This document shows positions 15,633-29,704 of a DNA stretch of 64,000 nt, one piece after another. The notes beneath the pieces are model-generated. The model was not told where the DNA came from and made no database searches. It was given only the letters and a program-made list of their open reading frames with translations. Each line of letters begins with the position of its first letter. The first letter of the stretch is position 1. The stretch lies in NCBI GenBank assembly GCA_964016885.1, contig OZ024740.1, positions 187,178,001 to 187,242,000 of the forward strand. The letters are read 5' to 3'. The position numbers and the translations under genes are program-made. The DNA comes from Eledone cirrhosa. Lineage: Eukaryota.

Positions 15633-16640
15633 TATCATCATCATCATCATCATCATCAGGTTTAGCGTCCGTGTTCCATGCTTGCATGGGTTTGGACGGG
15701 GGTTTTCCGACTTGAGGCAAGAGTGGTTGTCTTGCTCGCATAGGACTGTCTGGCGGGTTTTCTACAGTTGGATGCCCTTCCTAACAACAACCACATTTAC
15801 AGTGTGGGGCTGGGAGGTTTTTACCGTGTTGCCTATACGGCCACATTACAGCGTGGACTGTCTGGCGGGTTTTCTACAGCTGGATGCACTTCCTAACACC
15901 AACCACATTTACAGTGTGGGGCTGGGAGGTTTTTACCGTGTTGCCTACACGGCCACATTTACAGCGTGGACTGTGTGTTTTTTTTGTCGTGACACCTACA
16001 CGATCTCATTTGTTTCGGCCTGGATGTTGTGGGACCAACATAACTTTACATTGAAAGGGGCGGTGTGGATAGGGTGGAGATGGTGGGACGGGGGTGTGTT
16101 TTGATAGAGATGCCTACTGACTGTAGTAGGTTTTTACTTTGTATTTAGGTAAGGCGGGTCTTCTCTATTACTGAGTACCGCCAAAGGTCTCGGTCCAGTG
16201 ACATTGTCTTGGAGAGGTGTAAGCGTGTGAGGTTGGAATTTATCAGCTCGTCCCATGTTTTTCTGGGTCTGCCTACTCCGTGGCTACCGTCTATCTTTAT
16301 TGCCCTGCACTTTGTTATACAGCTGTCGTCTTTCATGCGCATCACGTGACCGTACCAACGTAGCCTTCTCTCGAGTAAACAACATCTGATCCCTCTTATT
16401 TCTAATTTTTTCCTTAGTTCGTTTATGCTTTGCCGTTCACGTATATTACTATTGCACATCCAGCGGAGCATGCAAGCTTCGTTCCTCTCTAGTCTGCGTA
16501 TATCCTCTGCACACAATGCCCAGGTCTCACTGCCATGCAGCATTGCTGTTCGTATGCAGGCATCGTATAACCTGCCTTTCATTTTTAGGGAGAACCCTCT
16601 AGCGGCTAATAGTGGTATAAGCTCTCTGAACTTTTTCCAT
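15633..16640 (-). mobile_element. RTE LINE, 5'-truncated, with ~113-bp tandem duplication in the 3' UTR
   Basis: [11 protein letters not shown]...LHGSETW...RLRWYGHV...EKTRLT*; (atc)n tail; ggactgtctggcggg unit occurs twice. Confidence 0.92.
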
Positions 16641-16682
16641 ATATACATATACATACATATACATATATATACATATACATAC

Positions 16683-16717
<35 letters not shown>

Positions 16718-16832
16718 TACATATACATATATATACATATACATACATATATATACATATACATATACATATATATACATATACATACATATATATACAT
16801 ATACATATATATACATATATATATATATATAA

Positions 16833-17625
16833 ATTTCGGGTGAAACTCTAGTTGCATCCAATAACATCAGAGACCTGGGAGTAATTGTGGACAACAACAT
16901 AAGCTGGGCCACTCATATAAACAGCAAAGTTGATATGGCCCGCAGAATGTGATCCTGGATTCTTAGAACTTTCCAGTCGAGAGATATCCACACTGTTGTC
17001 CTTCTCTTCTCCACTTTTGCCCGACACCACCTTGAATACTGTTGCCCACTGTGGTCACCCCACACAAAACAAAGTATCATGAAAGTTGAAGCACCCCAAA
17101 GGTCAATTACAAAAAAGATAGTTGGCATGACAGGCCTTGAATATTGGAGTCGATTAGAAAAGCTCAAACTTTATTCTCTCCAATGTCGCCGTGAGCGCTA
17201 CATTATCTGTATGATGTGGAAAATATTCCATCAGCTTTGCCCAAATGATGTTGGCATGACCTTTAGTGTACACCAAAGGCTTGGGCCCCGTGCTATCTGC
17301 TCACGACAAAAATCCCACTCGCATCACATAACAACAATACGGCACAATTATTTAAACTCAATTGGCCCTGCACCCTTTAACATTGCACCAAAACACATCA
17401 AAGCAAAGACAGACCCCTTCAAGTTCAAGAAGTCTTTGGATAAATTCCTTCAAGAAATCCCAGATAAGCCTCCTACACCCGGATATACCTCTGTAAACAA
17501 TAACTCTCTGCTCGAGTGGGCCATGGTGCCCAAACACTGATTTGTAAGACTTCACCAGGTGGTGCTATTAAGTTAGACATGGCCTGGGCCAATACTGGCC
17601 GAAACCTATGAAAATTATAAAAGTT
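16833..17625 (+). mobile_element. CR1-group LINE 3' fragment (in-frame stop)
   Basis: [51 protein letters not shown]; 3' stem-loop ggcc..ggccgaaac. Confidence 0.85.
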
Positions 17626-17853
17626 ATATACATATATATACATATATACATATAAATATACATATATATATACATATATACATATAAATATACATATATA
17701 TACATATATACATATAAATATACATATATATATACATATATGTATATATATAAAGGTTTACATATATATATATACATATATACATATATGTGTTTTGCAA
17801 CGGGTCACATTGTGGCTCAATGAAAAGTTAATAAATTAAATAATCAGAGCTAC

Positions 17854-17975
17854 ATATCATAAAACATGTCTATAGAATCACCAGATAAAATATATACCAT
17901 TTCCTCTCCCAATTAGCATAATCAAGTATATAAAAATATTTTATCTGGTGATTCTATTGACATGTTTTATGATAT
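17854..17975. repeat. 40-bp inverted repeat with 42-bp spacer; homologous to 38445-38527 (opposite strand)
   Basis: atatcataaaacatgtctatagaatcaccagataaaatat / atattttatctggtgattctattgacatgttttatgatat. Confidence 0.85.
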
Positions 17976-18088
17976 ATATACATATATATATATATATACA
18001 CATATATATACATATACATATATATACATAGATATATACATATATATATACATACATATACATATATATATATATACACATATATATA

Positions 18089-18144
<56 letters not shown>

Positions 18145-18146
18145 TA

Positions 18147-18188
<42 letters not shown>

Positions 18189-18257
18189 TATATACACATA
18201 TATATATATATATACACATATATATATATATATACACATATATTTATATATATACAT

Positions 18258-18540
18258 AGGACATCCAGTCCTAAATAAATGAGGTTGTGTAGGTGTCACG
18301 ACAAAAAAACACACAGTCCACGCTGTAATGTGGCCGTGTAGGTAACACTGTAAAAACCTCCCAGTCCACAGTGTAAATGTGGTTGGTTATAGGAAGGGCA
18401 TCCAGCCATAGAAAACCTGCCAGACAGTCCTATACGAGCAAGACAACCAATCTTGCCTCAAGTGGGAAAATTACCGTCCAAACCCATGCTAGCATGGAAG
18501 ATGGACGTTAAACGATGATGATGATGATGATGATGATGAT
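18258..18540 (+). mobile_element. RTE 3' UTR-only copy with (GAT)n tail
   Basis: Matches 58080-58354. Confidence 0.85.
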
Positions 18541-18644
18541 ATATACACATATATATATATATAAATACATATAAATATATATACAAATATATATCATCAT
18601 CATCATCATCATCATCATCATTTCATGTCCACTTTTCCCTTCTT

Positions 18645-18698
<54 letters not shown>

Positions 18699-18910
18699 TT
18701 ATATATACATACATACATATATAAATGTATATATACACATATATATATATATGTGTATATATATATACACATATATATATATATGTGTATATATATATAC
18801 ACATATATATATATACATATATATACATATATATATACATATATATACATATATTTACATATATATATATATATACATACATATATACCTTTATATATAT
18901 ATACATACAT

Positions 18911-19370
18911 ATGGTGACTGCCAACTCGTTTTCAAGTATGGCCACTACTTTATATCTATGTAGGAGAACCCCTACCGATGCGCTGAACGAGTGTGACTTT
19001 TTACTCCAGCCAGCGACTTGAAAACTCTGGTACAAACACTACACTTGTGACAATTATTGACACGTAGTGCTTGGCCCATGGTACCATGTAACGACAAGTG
19101 CAGAGAGATCTCCAGATATAAAGCAATGCCTGTCCCGTGAAGCTTTTATAGTGAGCAAAGGCACTGCACAAAGCCAGTCCCACTCTCTTAACCAAGATGA
19201 TATTTACCAAAAAGAATAACAAGTCAACATCATTGGATACCATCAGGGTTGCAGGTGTTATCTCAGAGTTTTCGTTCTCCTAGATTTGTGCCTTGACAAA
19301 GGCTAAGGGCTCATCTCTACCGGTGATTTTGGATGGCCATTGACTCTTAAGAGCTCCTTTGCCCTTTGAC
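18911..19370 (-). mobile_element. Non-autonomous RTE-derived (bipartite) retroposon
   Basis: Shares taagagtcaatggccatcc, tagcctttgtca and a 3' ggccatact..gcag block with 25925-26520. Confidence 0.55.
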
Positions 19371-19483
19371 ATATACACACATACATATTTATGATGGCTG
19401 CCCCTCGTTATCGAGTATGGCCATTGCACGAGGAGAAAAAAAAAAAAAATTGATAAATAAATAAAAAATAAAATAAAAAAAAG

Positions 19484-19524
<41 letters not shown>

Positions 19525-19704
19525 TATATACATACACACATACATACACATATACACTCAGACACACACACATACATTAGTAACAATACTAATAATAATA
19601 ATAACAACAATAATAATAACGACAACAACAATAATAATATACATATACATATATATATACACATACACGCACACACATAAGCATATGTATACACACACAC
19701 ACAC

Positions 19705-20870
19705 ACGGTAGCAACTAACAGCGCTGCGATCTAAAATGTCTTGCACAGAGTCAGCAACCAAAACATTCACTGGGAATAGTCGGCTGTGGTTGGAGTTTGT
19801 GTACTTTTGCATGTCGCATGAGCTCTCCTGCTGATTTACATTCTCTACCACATGTTTGGCAAGCATGATGAGTAGCATCTCCAACAGCAGCCTGGTAGTC
19901 AACCACTGGTCTTACTTTATGACTGCGAAGATGACTTTCGAGTCCAGCTTTGCTTAGGCAGAGTCTCGCACAGATGCTGCATGTCAGCACCATAGGAGGA
20001 CCCTCACCGTCTGGAAGTGCAACAGCAATGCCCTTCCTCACATCCCTCTTTACTTTCTCGTATGCGATTCGAGATGCCTCAAAGGCAACTTTTCCCTCAT
20101 ATACAGTCTTTCTCCATTTATTACGATCAGCAGCAATATTTTCCCATGTATCAGCAGAGATGTTAGCGTCTTTCAGAGAGGCTTTCAAGGAATCCTTACA
20201 CCTCTTTTTTGGTTTATGTGGCGGTCGCTTTCCTTTAACCAACTCTCCATAAAAGAGTTGTTTTGGTATGCTAGAATCCTTCATCCTGGCAAGGTGACCA
20301 CTCCAACGGAGTCATTGCTTAAGCACAAGAGCTTCTATACTGTCACACATAGAGCTTTCCAAAATCTCGACATCACTGATGTGGTCCCTCCAGTGAATGC
20401 CATGGATCCGTCTGAGACACATCTAATGGAAACGCTCCAATTGCTTAAGGTGGTGTCGATATGTGACCCAGGTCTCGCAGGCATAAAGAAGACAAGAGAG
20501 AACACATGCCCTGTACACCATTACCTTTGTCCTACTGCATATGTCTCGCCGACCCCAGAGCCGCCTTTCTAGCTTTCCGAAAGCATCACTTGCTTTCCTA
20601 ATCCTAAGTGAGATTTCACTGTCAAGGCTGCTGTATCGATTGACAGTGCTTCCCAGGTAGACAAACTGATCAACCACTCCAAGTCGTTTGCCATACACAT
20701 AGATGTTTGGTACAGTGTATTGCTTACCAGGGGCAGGTTGGTACATGACGAGGGTTTTCTTGAGACTGACAGTCAATGCTAGGGCAATGCAAGCATCAGA
20801 AAATGCATTCAAAATGTGCTGCATATCACTCTCTGTGTGCGCTACAAGATTGCAATCATCTGCATAGATG
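19705..20870 (-). mobile_element. Second RTE family (BovB-like), RT C-terminal half, decayed
   Basis: IYADDC, FVYLGS, LLYACETW, IPKQLFYGEL, C-terminal C2H2-like CSICARLCLSKAGLESH. Confidence 0.9.
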
Positions 20871-20954
20871 ATCTGCATAGATGATCGCAATCATCTGCAT
20901 TCGAAAAAAAAAAAAAAAAGGGACAAAAAAAAAACAAAAAAAAACTCAAAATAA

Positions 20955-21106
20955 CATATATATACATACATATATATATATATACATATACATACATATA
21001 TATATATATACATACATATCATCATTATCATCATTTTATGTCCGCTTTTCCCTGCTTACAAGGGTGGGAGATATATATATACATACATATATATACATAT
21101 ATATAC

Positions 21107-21141
<35 letters not shown>

Positions 21142-21442
21142 CATATATATACATACATATATGTATACATATATATGCATATATATATACATATATATAC
21201 ATACATATATGTATACATATATATGCATATATATATATATACATACATATATACATATATATATACATACATATATACATATATATATATACATATATAC
21301 ATATATATACATACATATATGTATACATATATATGCATATATATATATATATGTACATATACATATATATATACATATATATAGATATATATAGATATAT
21401 ATATACATATATATACATATATATACATATATATATATATAC

Positions 21443-21474
<32 letters not shown>

Positions 21475-21489
21475 GATATATATATATAC

Positions 21490-21522
<33 letters not shown>

Positions 21523-21548
21523 ATATATATATATACACATATATATAC

Positions 21549-21603
<55 letters not shown>

Positions 21604-21870
21604 TATACACACATATATATATATATACATATATATACACATATATATACATATATATACACATATATATACATATATATACATATATATATATCTATAC
21701 ATATATATACATATATATCTATACATACATATATACATATGCATATATACATTTACATATATACATTTACATATATATATGTATATATATATAAATATAT
21801 ATATATACGTATATATATATACATATATAGATAGATATACATATACATATATACATATATATATATATTA
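20955..21870. repeat. Compound (TA)/(TACA) array with a tiny RTE-tail insert at ~21018-21070
   Basis: Seen directly. Confidence 0.9.
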
Positions 21871-22331
21871 TCATCATCATCACCGTTATATATATATATA
21901 TGTATGTGTATATATAGCATGATGGATGTCTGGAGAGTAGGGAAAATCAAATTTACTAGTATTTTGATCACTGTTTGTTGTTAGCTTACAAAATAGCATG
22001 ATATACAAAGATTCCCCTCCTGCTACCATCTTTTCAGAGTTGCATCCATATAATAAACAACAAGAACTACAACAATAGCATCAGCAACAAGAGAATAAAC
22101 AACTGTGTTGTGTTGTTTTAATTACACACACTGAAGTTCATGAACAGATTGATATAGTTTCACACTGGAAATGCTACAACCATTGTTATCGGTATACAAG
22201 CAGTGTAGCAGTTTCTCCGAATAAGAACACTACACTAGAGTTGCCAAGAATGAGGAGAAGCAATCAACAGATATTGTAAACACAGAGATGTTCTAAATGA
22301 CCTTTTTTCTTTAGAGTTTTCTCTCTCTCCC

Positions 22332-22373
<42 letters not shown>

Positions 22374-22647
22374 TATACATATATATATGTATATATATAA
22401 ATACATATATATAAATACATATACATACATATAAATATATATACATATATATATACATATAGTAATAATAATAAATGTGAAGACTAAAATCCGAAGAGGG
22501 CTCGATAAGGATAAATATATATAAAAAATATATAAAGCCGTAGAGCAAATATTTATTAAAATAACAGATTATAGCTTCAGCAAAGAATCGCTGCTTTCAC
22601 CCTTAATGGGACCTGATTCTTTTTCTACATCTCATCAGATATGTGAG

Positions 22648-22704
<57 letters not shown>

Positions 22705-22941
22705 CGAAGGAAATGTGCTAAGCAACCAAATGCACAAAAGTACTCAATACTTAGGGTAGTAGAGTGGGTAATAGGAACGAGTAGGTCTCCGACGGCTGAG
22801 CTCAAGCCGTTTCGACGGCTAATTCTGGACTAATTCTGAACAATTACAGTTGATGCACCATTTGAAGCACTTGTTGCTGCAATGAGGTCCATTTCGTTTG
22901 GGTTGTATTCCAGTGTTATGGCTGTAGTATGCAGAGTGTAA

Positions 22942-23251
22942 ATAGATTTAAAGAGTCAGACTCAGTTTCGCAGCATATGTGCAGAAACTATTTGCATATT
23001 ACAATTGTTTGATATCAATCAGCCCAGGATACAATCAAGGTGACAGGGCCCGACTCTTTTCGACATCTCATGGGATGTATAAGTTTAAATGTCTTTGCAC
23101 ATATAAACTCGCATATCTGATGAGATGTAGAAAAAGAGTCAGGCCCCATCAAATTGATTGTACCCTGAGCTGATCAATATCGAAACAATTGTTATATACA
23201 AATAGTGTTTGTACATATGCTACAAAACTGACTTTGACACTTTAAATCTAT
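22942..23251. repeat. Diverged ~310-bp fold-back (spacer ~23093-23098); each arm carries an HHR copy
   Basis: Left arm reverse complement aligns to 23099-23251. Confidence 0.8.
23111..23199 (+). ncRNA. Type I hammerhead motif with long stem II
   Basis: gcatat-CTGATGA-gatg..tatc-GAAA-caattg-TT-atatac; mirror arm reads caattg-TA-atatgc, giving a perfect stem I consensus. Confidence 0.6.
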
Positions 23252-23884
23252 CTCTCTATCTACATATATATATATATATATTTATTATTATTATTATTAT
23301 TATCATAGAAATGACTTCTAGTCACGTAGAACAAATTTCTATAATAAAATAAATACACCAATACTTTACGTATTGAGTACCTTTTCTTAACTGGCGTCAG
23401 CTCTTGATATACATTGGGAATCCACCTATATATATAGAGAGAGAGAGATAGATAGTAATAATAATAAATGTGAAGGCTAAAATACAAAGAGGGCTTGATA
23501 AGGATAAATATATATCAAATATATAAGAACCCACGAGCAAATATCTATTAAAATAACAGATTAAAGTTTAAGCAAAGAATCGCTGCTTTCACACTTACCA
23601 GGATCTATATATATACATGTGTGTGTGTGTGTACGTCTGTGAGTGTGTGTATGTATATATATATATATATATATATATACATACACACACTCACAGACAG
23701 ACACACACACACACACATTTCTTGAAGGAATTGCCCAAAGACTTCTTGAATTTATGGGGTCTGTTTGTTTTAATGAGTTTTTGTGTAATGTTAAAGAGAA
23801 TGGGCCAATTGAGGTGAAATAATCGTGCTATATTGTTGTTATGAGATGTGCATTTGATTTTCGTTGTGGGCAGATAACACAGAG

Positions 23885-24848
23885 CCTAAGCCTTAGGTCT
23901 AGTTTAAAGGTGATGCCAACATCATTTGGGCAATGCAGATAATGTAGTGTTCATGGTGGTGCTGGAGAGAATAAAGTTTGAGTTTTTCTAGTCAACCCCA
24001 ATAGTCAAGGCCTGACATGCCATATATCTTTTTCGTGATTGTTGTTTTGTGTGAGGAGACCACAGTGGACAACAGTATTCAAGGTGGGGTCGGCAGAAGT
24101 GGAGAAGAGAAGGCCAATAGCGTGGATATCTCATGACTGGAAGATTCTGAGAATCCAGAAACACATTCTGCAGGCTATGTCAACTTTGCTGTATATGAGT
24201 GGCCCAGCTTATGTTGTTGTCCACAATTACTCCCAAGTCTCTGATATTGTTGGATGCCATGAGAGTTTCACCTGAAGGAAGGGAGTGTGGAAGTTTCAGG
24301 GCATCCTCTTTTCCAAAGTGGATTCAGCAGCATATTGTTCTTTTCTAATCATTGGATAACAGCGAGTAGATCGGATTGGAGGCATGTCCGGTCACCCTTG
24401 CCACTGATGACTTTCTGGAGCTTGGAATCATTTATGAAGATGCTGCTGTGCTTGATGATGTCAGTAATGTCATTAATATAGATAATGAAAAGAAGTGGGC
24501 CTACCACAGCTGACTTTGGCTGGGATTGATTTTACTCCTTCGACTACAACATGCTGGGCTCTTTTTGAAAACATTTGATCCACTGCAGCAACTTTCCAGT
24601 GTCACCTATGTTGGATAGTTTTCTCTGTAGAAAGTTGTGATCAACCCTGTCAAAGGCCTTGCTGAAATCAAGGTAGATGACATCAGTGATGGAGCCCTCT
24701 CCCAAAGCTCTCAAAATGTCATCAAAGTGATGCAGTAGCTGCATTAGGCAATCCATTCCATTAGGCAATCCCTTCCATGTTGGTTGGAGTTCAGCGTAGA
24801 TTGTTGCTTTCAAGAAAAAGTGAGTTACTCGTGATCTCGCCAACCTCT

Positions 24849-24850
<2 letters not shown>
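23885..24850 (-). mobile_element. Decayed CR1-group LINE RT fragment
   Basis: DVIYLDFSKAFDRVDH..LLQWIK; homologous to 16833-17290. Confidence 0.85.
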
Positions 24851-24885
<35 letters not shown>

Positions 24886-24934
24886 CGGCGATGAATTTGT
24901 TTTGCAAGGTTTTTTATATGAAATCGTGTGTTGA

Positions 24935-25230
24935 AACAAATATTGTTATACTTGGGGAGGGTCATATTGTTGTAATAATATTGCCAGAAATAATAACAGA
25001 ACACACTAACTGTTTGGTTGGTTTTCGCTTCTGTATCTTTTATATCTCCACTGTTAATTCATTCGGTCCTCAATGTTTACCATTGACTGACCAACGGTCA
25101 AAAATACAGATATAATATAGATATAAACACATATATATAATCTAACAAAGTTCTTTCGTTGCCCATCTGCAACATCATCAGTGGTACTGTTATCTTCCTC
25201 CTGTTGTATTGTATATCTACGCCATTTTTA
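24935..25230 (-). mobile_element. ~290-bp dispersed repeat with HHR-like motif (copies at ~30500-30805 and ~49100-49388)
   Basis: Shared gatataaaagatacagaagcgaaaac..aaacagtga and ccaCTGAtgatgttgcagatgggcaacGAAAgaac blocks. Confidence 0.75.
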
Positions 25231-25449
25231 TTTTATCTGTTTATTTATTTATTTATATTTCAGTATAGTCAGTATTGTTTGTTTGGGTGTTATTGTTATT
25301 CCATTCATTTTTTTCTATTTAGTTTGCCTCTCTGATTTCTAAGCTCTATTTCACTTGCCTCTCTGATTTGCCTATCTGCTGGGTCATTTCTATGTTTAGA
25401 TATTATTTTAATTTCTATGTTGTCTATGTTACCGTCATGTTGTTGTCTG

Positions 25450-25680
25450 GAAAATATCTATGCAGAACTAATGAAAAATCTGCAGATACTCCACCCTGAC
25501 TATACCTTCAGATTTATGCCTGTGATTATTGGGGTACTGGGATATGTTAGTAACTGCCTCAATACAAATCTTGAGAAGCTGGGCTTCACAGAAACAGAAA
25601 GACTAGTTAGGAAATTACAAGTACAATCCATTAATGGAACAGTAAAAATATGTAAAACATTCCAAAAATTCAGCATCTAA
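25450..25680 (+). mobile_element. C-terminus of a restriction-like-endonuclease LINE (R4/Dong-like)
   Basis: ENIYAELMKNLQIL...FMPVIIGVLGYV..LEKLG resembles the post-PD(D/E)xK 'KY.EL...PIVIGALG' segment. Confidence 0.65.
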
Positions 25681-25924
25681 TAACTGCATATACATATGTA
25701 CAGATACAAAGCATATGCACATGCACACATACAACTCAAAACATACACATCCACACATACAATAACATCCATACCTGCACACACATGCATGCATGCAGTC
25801 ATATCTACTTAGTTGATGTGTAAATTCCAATGAGAGTATGTTGTATCTATGTTAGAAACCGACACTCTCTATTGGCAAAATTTGTGAAATTATAAAACCA
25901 GAACATACATATATACATACATAC

Positions 25925-26520
25925 ATGATTCTGCCCCCTCATTATCGAGTATGGCCATTGCACGATATGCCATTATTAATTAATTCTATCATGCAATGCC
26001 TGTGTGTGAAGATATTTTTTAAAGTGAGGAAAGACTGTGCACTGAGCCAATCCTACTGTCTGAGCGACAGTAGCTATAACCTGAAAAGAAGAAAAGATCA
26101 ACATCGTCGGTAACTACTGAGCCGCAGGTTTTATATCGGAGTTAACCCAGTTTCCTGAGTTGCCTTCTCCTTGAAGAATACTCTGACAAAGGCTAGGGGT
26201 TCTTCAGTCCCAGTGGTTTAACCACGCGATCGGATGTCCAGCCCGACTATTTCTATGTCCCCGAGCATATACATACACATATACATATACATACATATGT
26301 ACATGTGTATATACATATGTACACACTTTTGGATGGCCGTTGACTCTTATGAGTTCTTCCACCCTTTGTCAAGTTTTGTTTTTTTGTCCTGCAAGATATC
26401 CAAAATCACCCTCCACACCAAGTAAACTTGGTGGGGTTGCCGGTTTAGTCGCCGACAACCCGACCACGCGACAGGTTGTACTGGGTTACATGTTACCAGT
26501 AGCGCTCAAGAGTGACCCGA
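25925..26520 (-). mobile_element. Non-autonomous RTE-derived retroposon with hairpin-rich 5' end
   Basis: Blocks shared with 18911-19435; tail tcgtgcaatggccatactcgataa. Confidence 0.55.
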
Positions 26521-26550
26521 CATACATGCATACATACATATATACATATT

Positions 26551-26581
<31 letters not shown>

Positions 26582-27992
26582 ATACTTACAAATGCTTGTG
26601 TAAACAACAGCTTTTCATTGAAATGTATTATTAAATACACAACTATTCTTTTATTCTTTTACTGGTTTCAGTCATTAGACAGTGGCAATGCTGGGGCATT
26701 GTCATGACAATGCTGAAGTTCTAACTTGTTTTTTTTTAATTATTAATCCTTTAGAATTTGTCTCAATGAAATGGTAGTTGACAGCATGAGTTACTGTTGT
26801 TGTTTAATAGTGGACAAGCCTCATGGGGGTTTATGTTATATTAATGATGTCATTATTGCTGAATTCTTTACCATTTAACTTTCCATAATTTTGGAGTGGT
26901 TTCTCTGTTCAATACAAGGGTGTCTAATATGTGCATGTTAATATTTACATTGTGTTGTCTTATTTCTATTCATGCCATTATTAATCTTCACATTTTAGGG
27001 AAACTCTATAAAGGATATTTGGTTGTGTAGTTAATTAATATTTTTCTATCTAGTGTTGGTAATTACTCAATTGTGAAGGAGATGTGGAAACACTGTTTTA
27101 TTCAATAAGACAAACATGAACAAGCAGTGTTTTTGTTGTAGGAATTATGCTTGTTGTTGTTTAGCTCAAGGTCTGACTTTATTGAGCAGACTCATGAATC
27201 AAAAGCATTCTAGTCATGACCAGTTGGTCCTTCTGTTTCCAGGCTTATTTTATCTCAAATTATATTGTATCATGTACACACTCACTATCACTATATTTCA
27301 GATAGTATATTGAGGGATTTTCTTGCTATTTCCAGCACATCCAGCACATCAAATGCCTACACTTTGGTTACTAAGGTGTATGGTTGTAATAACATCTTAA
27401 CCTATAACTTTATTGTCTATCAACTTATCTTACATGTTAAAATGCACAAGTATTGCACAGCAAAGCTATTGTCATCAGCCGCATTATGTTGCATTAGTTT
27501 TCTCTGCTAGCAAGGGTTTGACAGGTTGTCAAAGAGCAAGTCAGTACACAATTGGAACTAGTCACCTATTAGATTGGCTCTGAACCCATTTTCATCCATT
27601 CCTGCATTCTACTGAGTGAATTCTATCATGGCACTAGCACTAGGAAAGTTGTAATACCTTTGACATAGCCTAAGTGTTCACTAGAGACTTTGTTTAGCAG
27701 GTTTTCTATGGCTGGATTCCCATCTAAATACCAAGCATTTTACAGAGGTATTAGGCCTATAAACATCCTATCCATTCTTCCTTCAGCTTTCAGAGAATCC
27801 TCCACTACTGATGTTTATGTCACCTTGGTAACAAAGGTTGAGAAGAACTTCTAACAAACCTCACAGACAGATCCATGCGTGTTCTTAGTGCTTATTCTTT
27901 ACATTTACCATATACAAAGTCTAAATACCATTACATCTCTTGGGCTTCCATAAATTACACTGTGCACATTATGGAATTTCTGCCCACATCTT

Positions 27993-28019
<27 letters not shown>

Positions 28020-28023
<4 letters not shown>

Positions 28024-28773
28024 AATTTAACAATGAAAATAATTGTTTCTACATTTGGCACAAGGCCAGCAATTATCCCAGAGTATTATTACTGCTTTAT
28101 TTTATCGACCATGTAGGGACACAAGCCAAAGTTAACCTCGGCGTGATTTGAACTCAAACCATAAAGGGCCATAACTCTTTGCTGTAAAGCATGGCGTCAG
28201 ACCCTCTACCGATACTGCCAATCCACTGCCCTGAAAAGAATAACAACAAAGTCGAGTTATTTTACCTATTAATATCATTGTTTTACAATCGTTTCGGAGG
28301 GTTGATCATATTGACGTATTGACTGATCTATAGCAGTTATATAACTGTATACTATCAGACTTCATATATAGGTTCAATCAGACGTCTTCTTCTCATTTCC
28401 GAAGAAGACAGTCTGATTGAACCTATATATGAAGTCTGATAGTATACAGTTATATAACTGGTATAGATCAGTCATTATGCCAATATGATCACCCCCCCCC
28501 CCTCCAAAACGACTGTAAAACAATGAAATGAATAGGTGTAATAATTCGACTTTGTTGTTATTATTGTCATTGGATTGGCAGTATCGGTAGAGTGTCGGAC
28601 GCCATGCTTTCCAGCATAGTTACGTCCCTTTATGATCTGAGTTCAAATCCCGCCGAGGTTGACTTTGCCTTTCATCCTTACGGAGTCGATAAAATAAAGT
28701 ACCAGTAATACACTGAGTAATTGCTAGCCTTGTGCCTAAAGTAGAAACAATTATTTTCATTGTTAAATTAATA
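28020..28773. repeat. ~750-bp inverted duplication (8-bp spacer 28393-28400) with a Meta-type SINE in each arm
   Basis: Outer tattaatttaacaatgaaaataattgtttctac mirrored at 28741-28773; inner gtcttcttc / gaagaagac. Confidence 0.9.
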
Positions 28774-28825
28774 TACACATATACACATGCAAATTATATA
28801 TCACACCACAAGTGCACATATGTAG

Positions 28826-28861
<36 letters not shown>

Positions 28862-29510
28862 GGTTAGTAAGAGTGGGTATATCTTATACATCCTCAAACA
28901 AATATGCATACTTTAAATATAGAAACTTTTATACTGGGATATATTCATCTGGTAAATACAATGCATAAACATATATAATCATTTTCTTAATCTCATTGTA
29001 AAATCTTCAAGATCAGAATCCTCCCACCCATCTCTAGATATATCTGAGTGGTCATGTATATTATTATATTGTATATTATCATACAGAATTAAATACACAG
29101 GAATTATGCTTCCAGCAATTACAATCACTAGAACTTTTTCCAATGGTATGTTAATATATCTTCAAATCTTTTGAATAAAAATCTTCATGAAGGGCGAAGC
29201 AAAACGAACTGTTTTGCTTATGTGTGCACCAAATGAACTGAACTAAACAAAGATTGATTCTATCTCTCTCTGTTGCTCTTACGCACTCTTTCTCTCTCTC
29301 TCTCTACACACACACTATATAAACATACATATATATATATATATATTAATAAAAGGAATTCCAACTTTGTCTGATTTACTCGTTTTATTTACAATCCTCT
29401 AAAATTTATAATGGTATTAGAATGAAATAGTATGGTAGAATATTAAATGTTAAGTGTTAATTGAACAACTACTTTCATGGTTTCACAATCTTCAGGTTCA
29501 TAATATGTGG

Positions 29511-29584
29511 TGACAGTCAATTTTGCAATTTTCAACTGTCAAATTTGCAATTTTCACAGTTGAAAATTGCAAACTTGACTGTCA
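29511..29584. repeat. Hairpin with ~29-bp arms
   Basis: tgacagtcaattttgcaattttcaactgt / acagttgaaaattgcaaacttgactgtca. Confidence 0.8.
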
Positions 29585-29704
29585 ATCATATGATTCCAGT
29601 TCCTCAGTGAAATAACAATCCAACCAGGAACTGGGCATATCAGAGTATTGACAAAATTATACACCTCAACAACATATGTACTTGTCTATACAACACTAAT
29701 ACGG

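Noticed and set aside
24861-24950. HHR-like GATGA...GAAA segment (similar weak cases ~15440-15515 and ~52283-52330)
   Set aside because: Core or stems too degenerate to fold convincingly
26430-26520. HDV-like ribozyme at the 5' end of the RTE-derived element
   Set aside because: Only simple hairpins found; could not build the nested double pseudoknot
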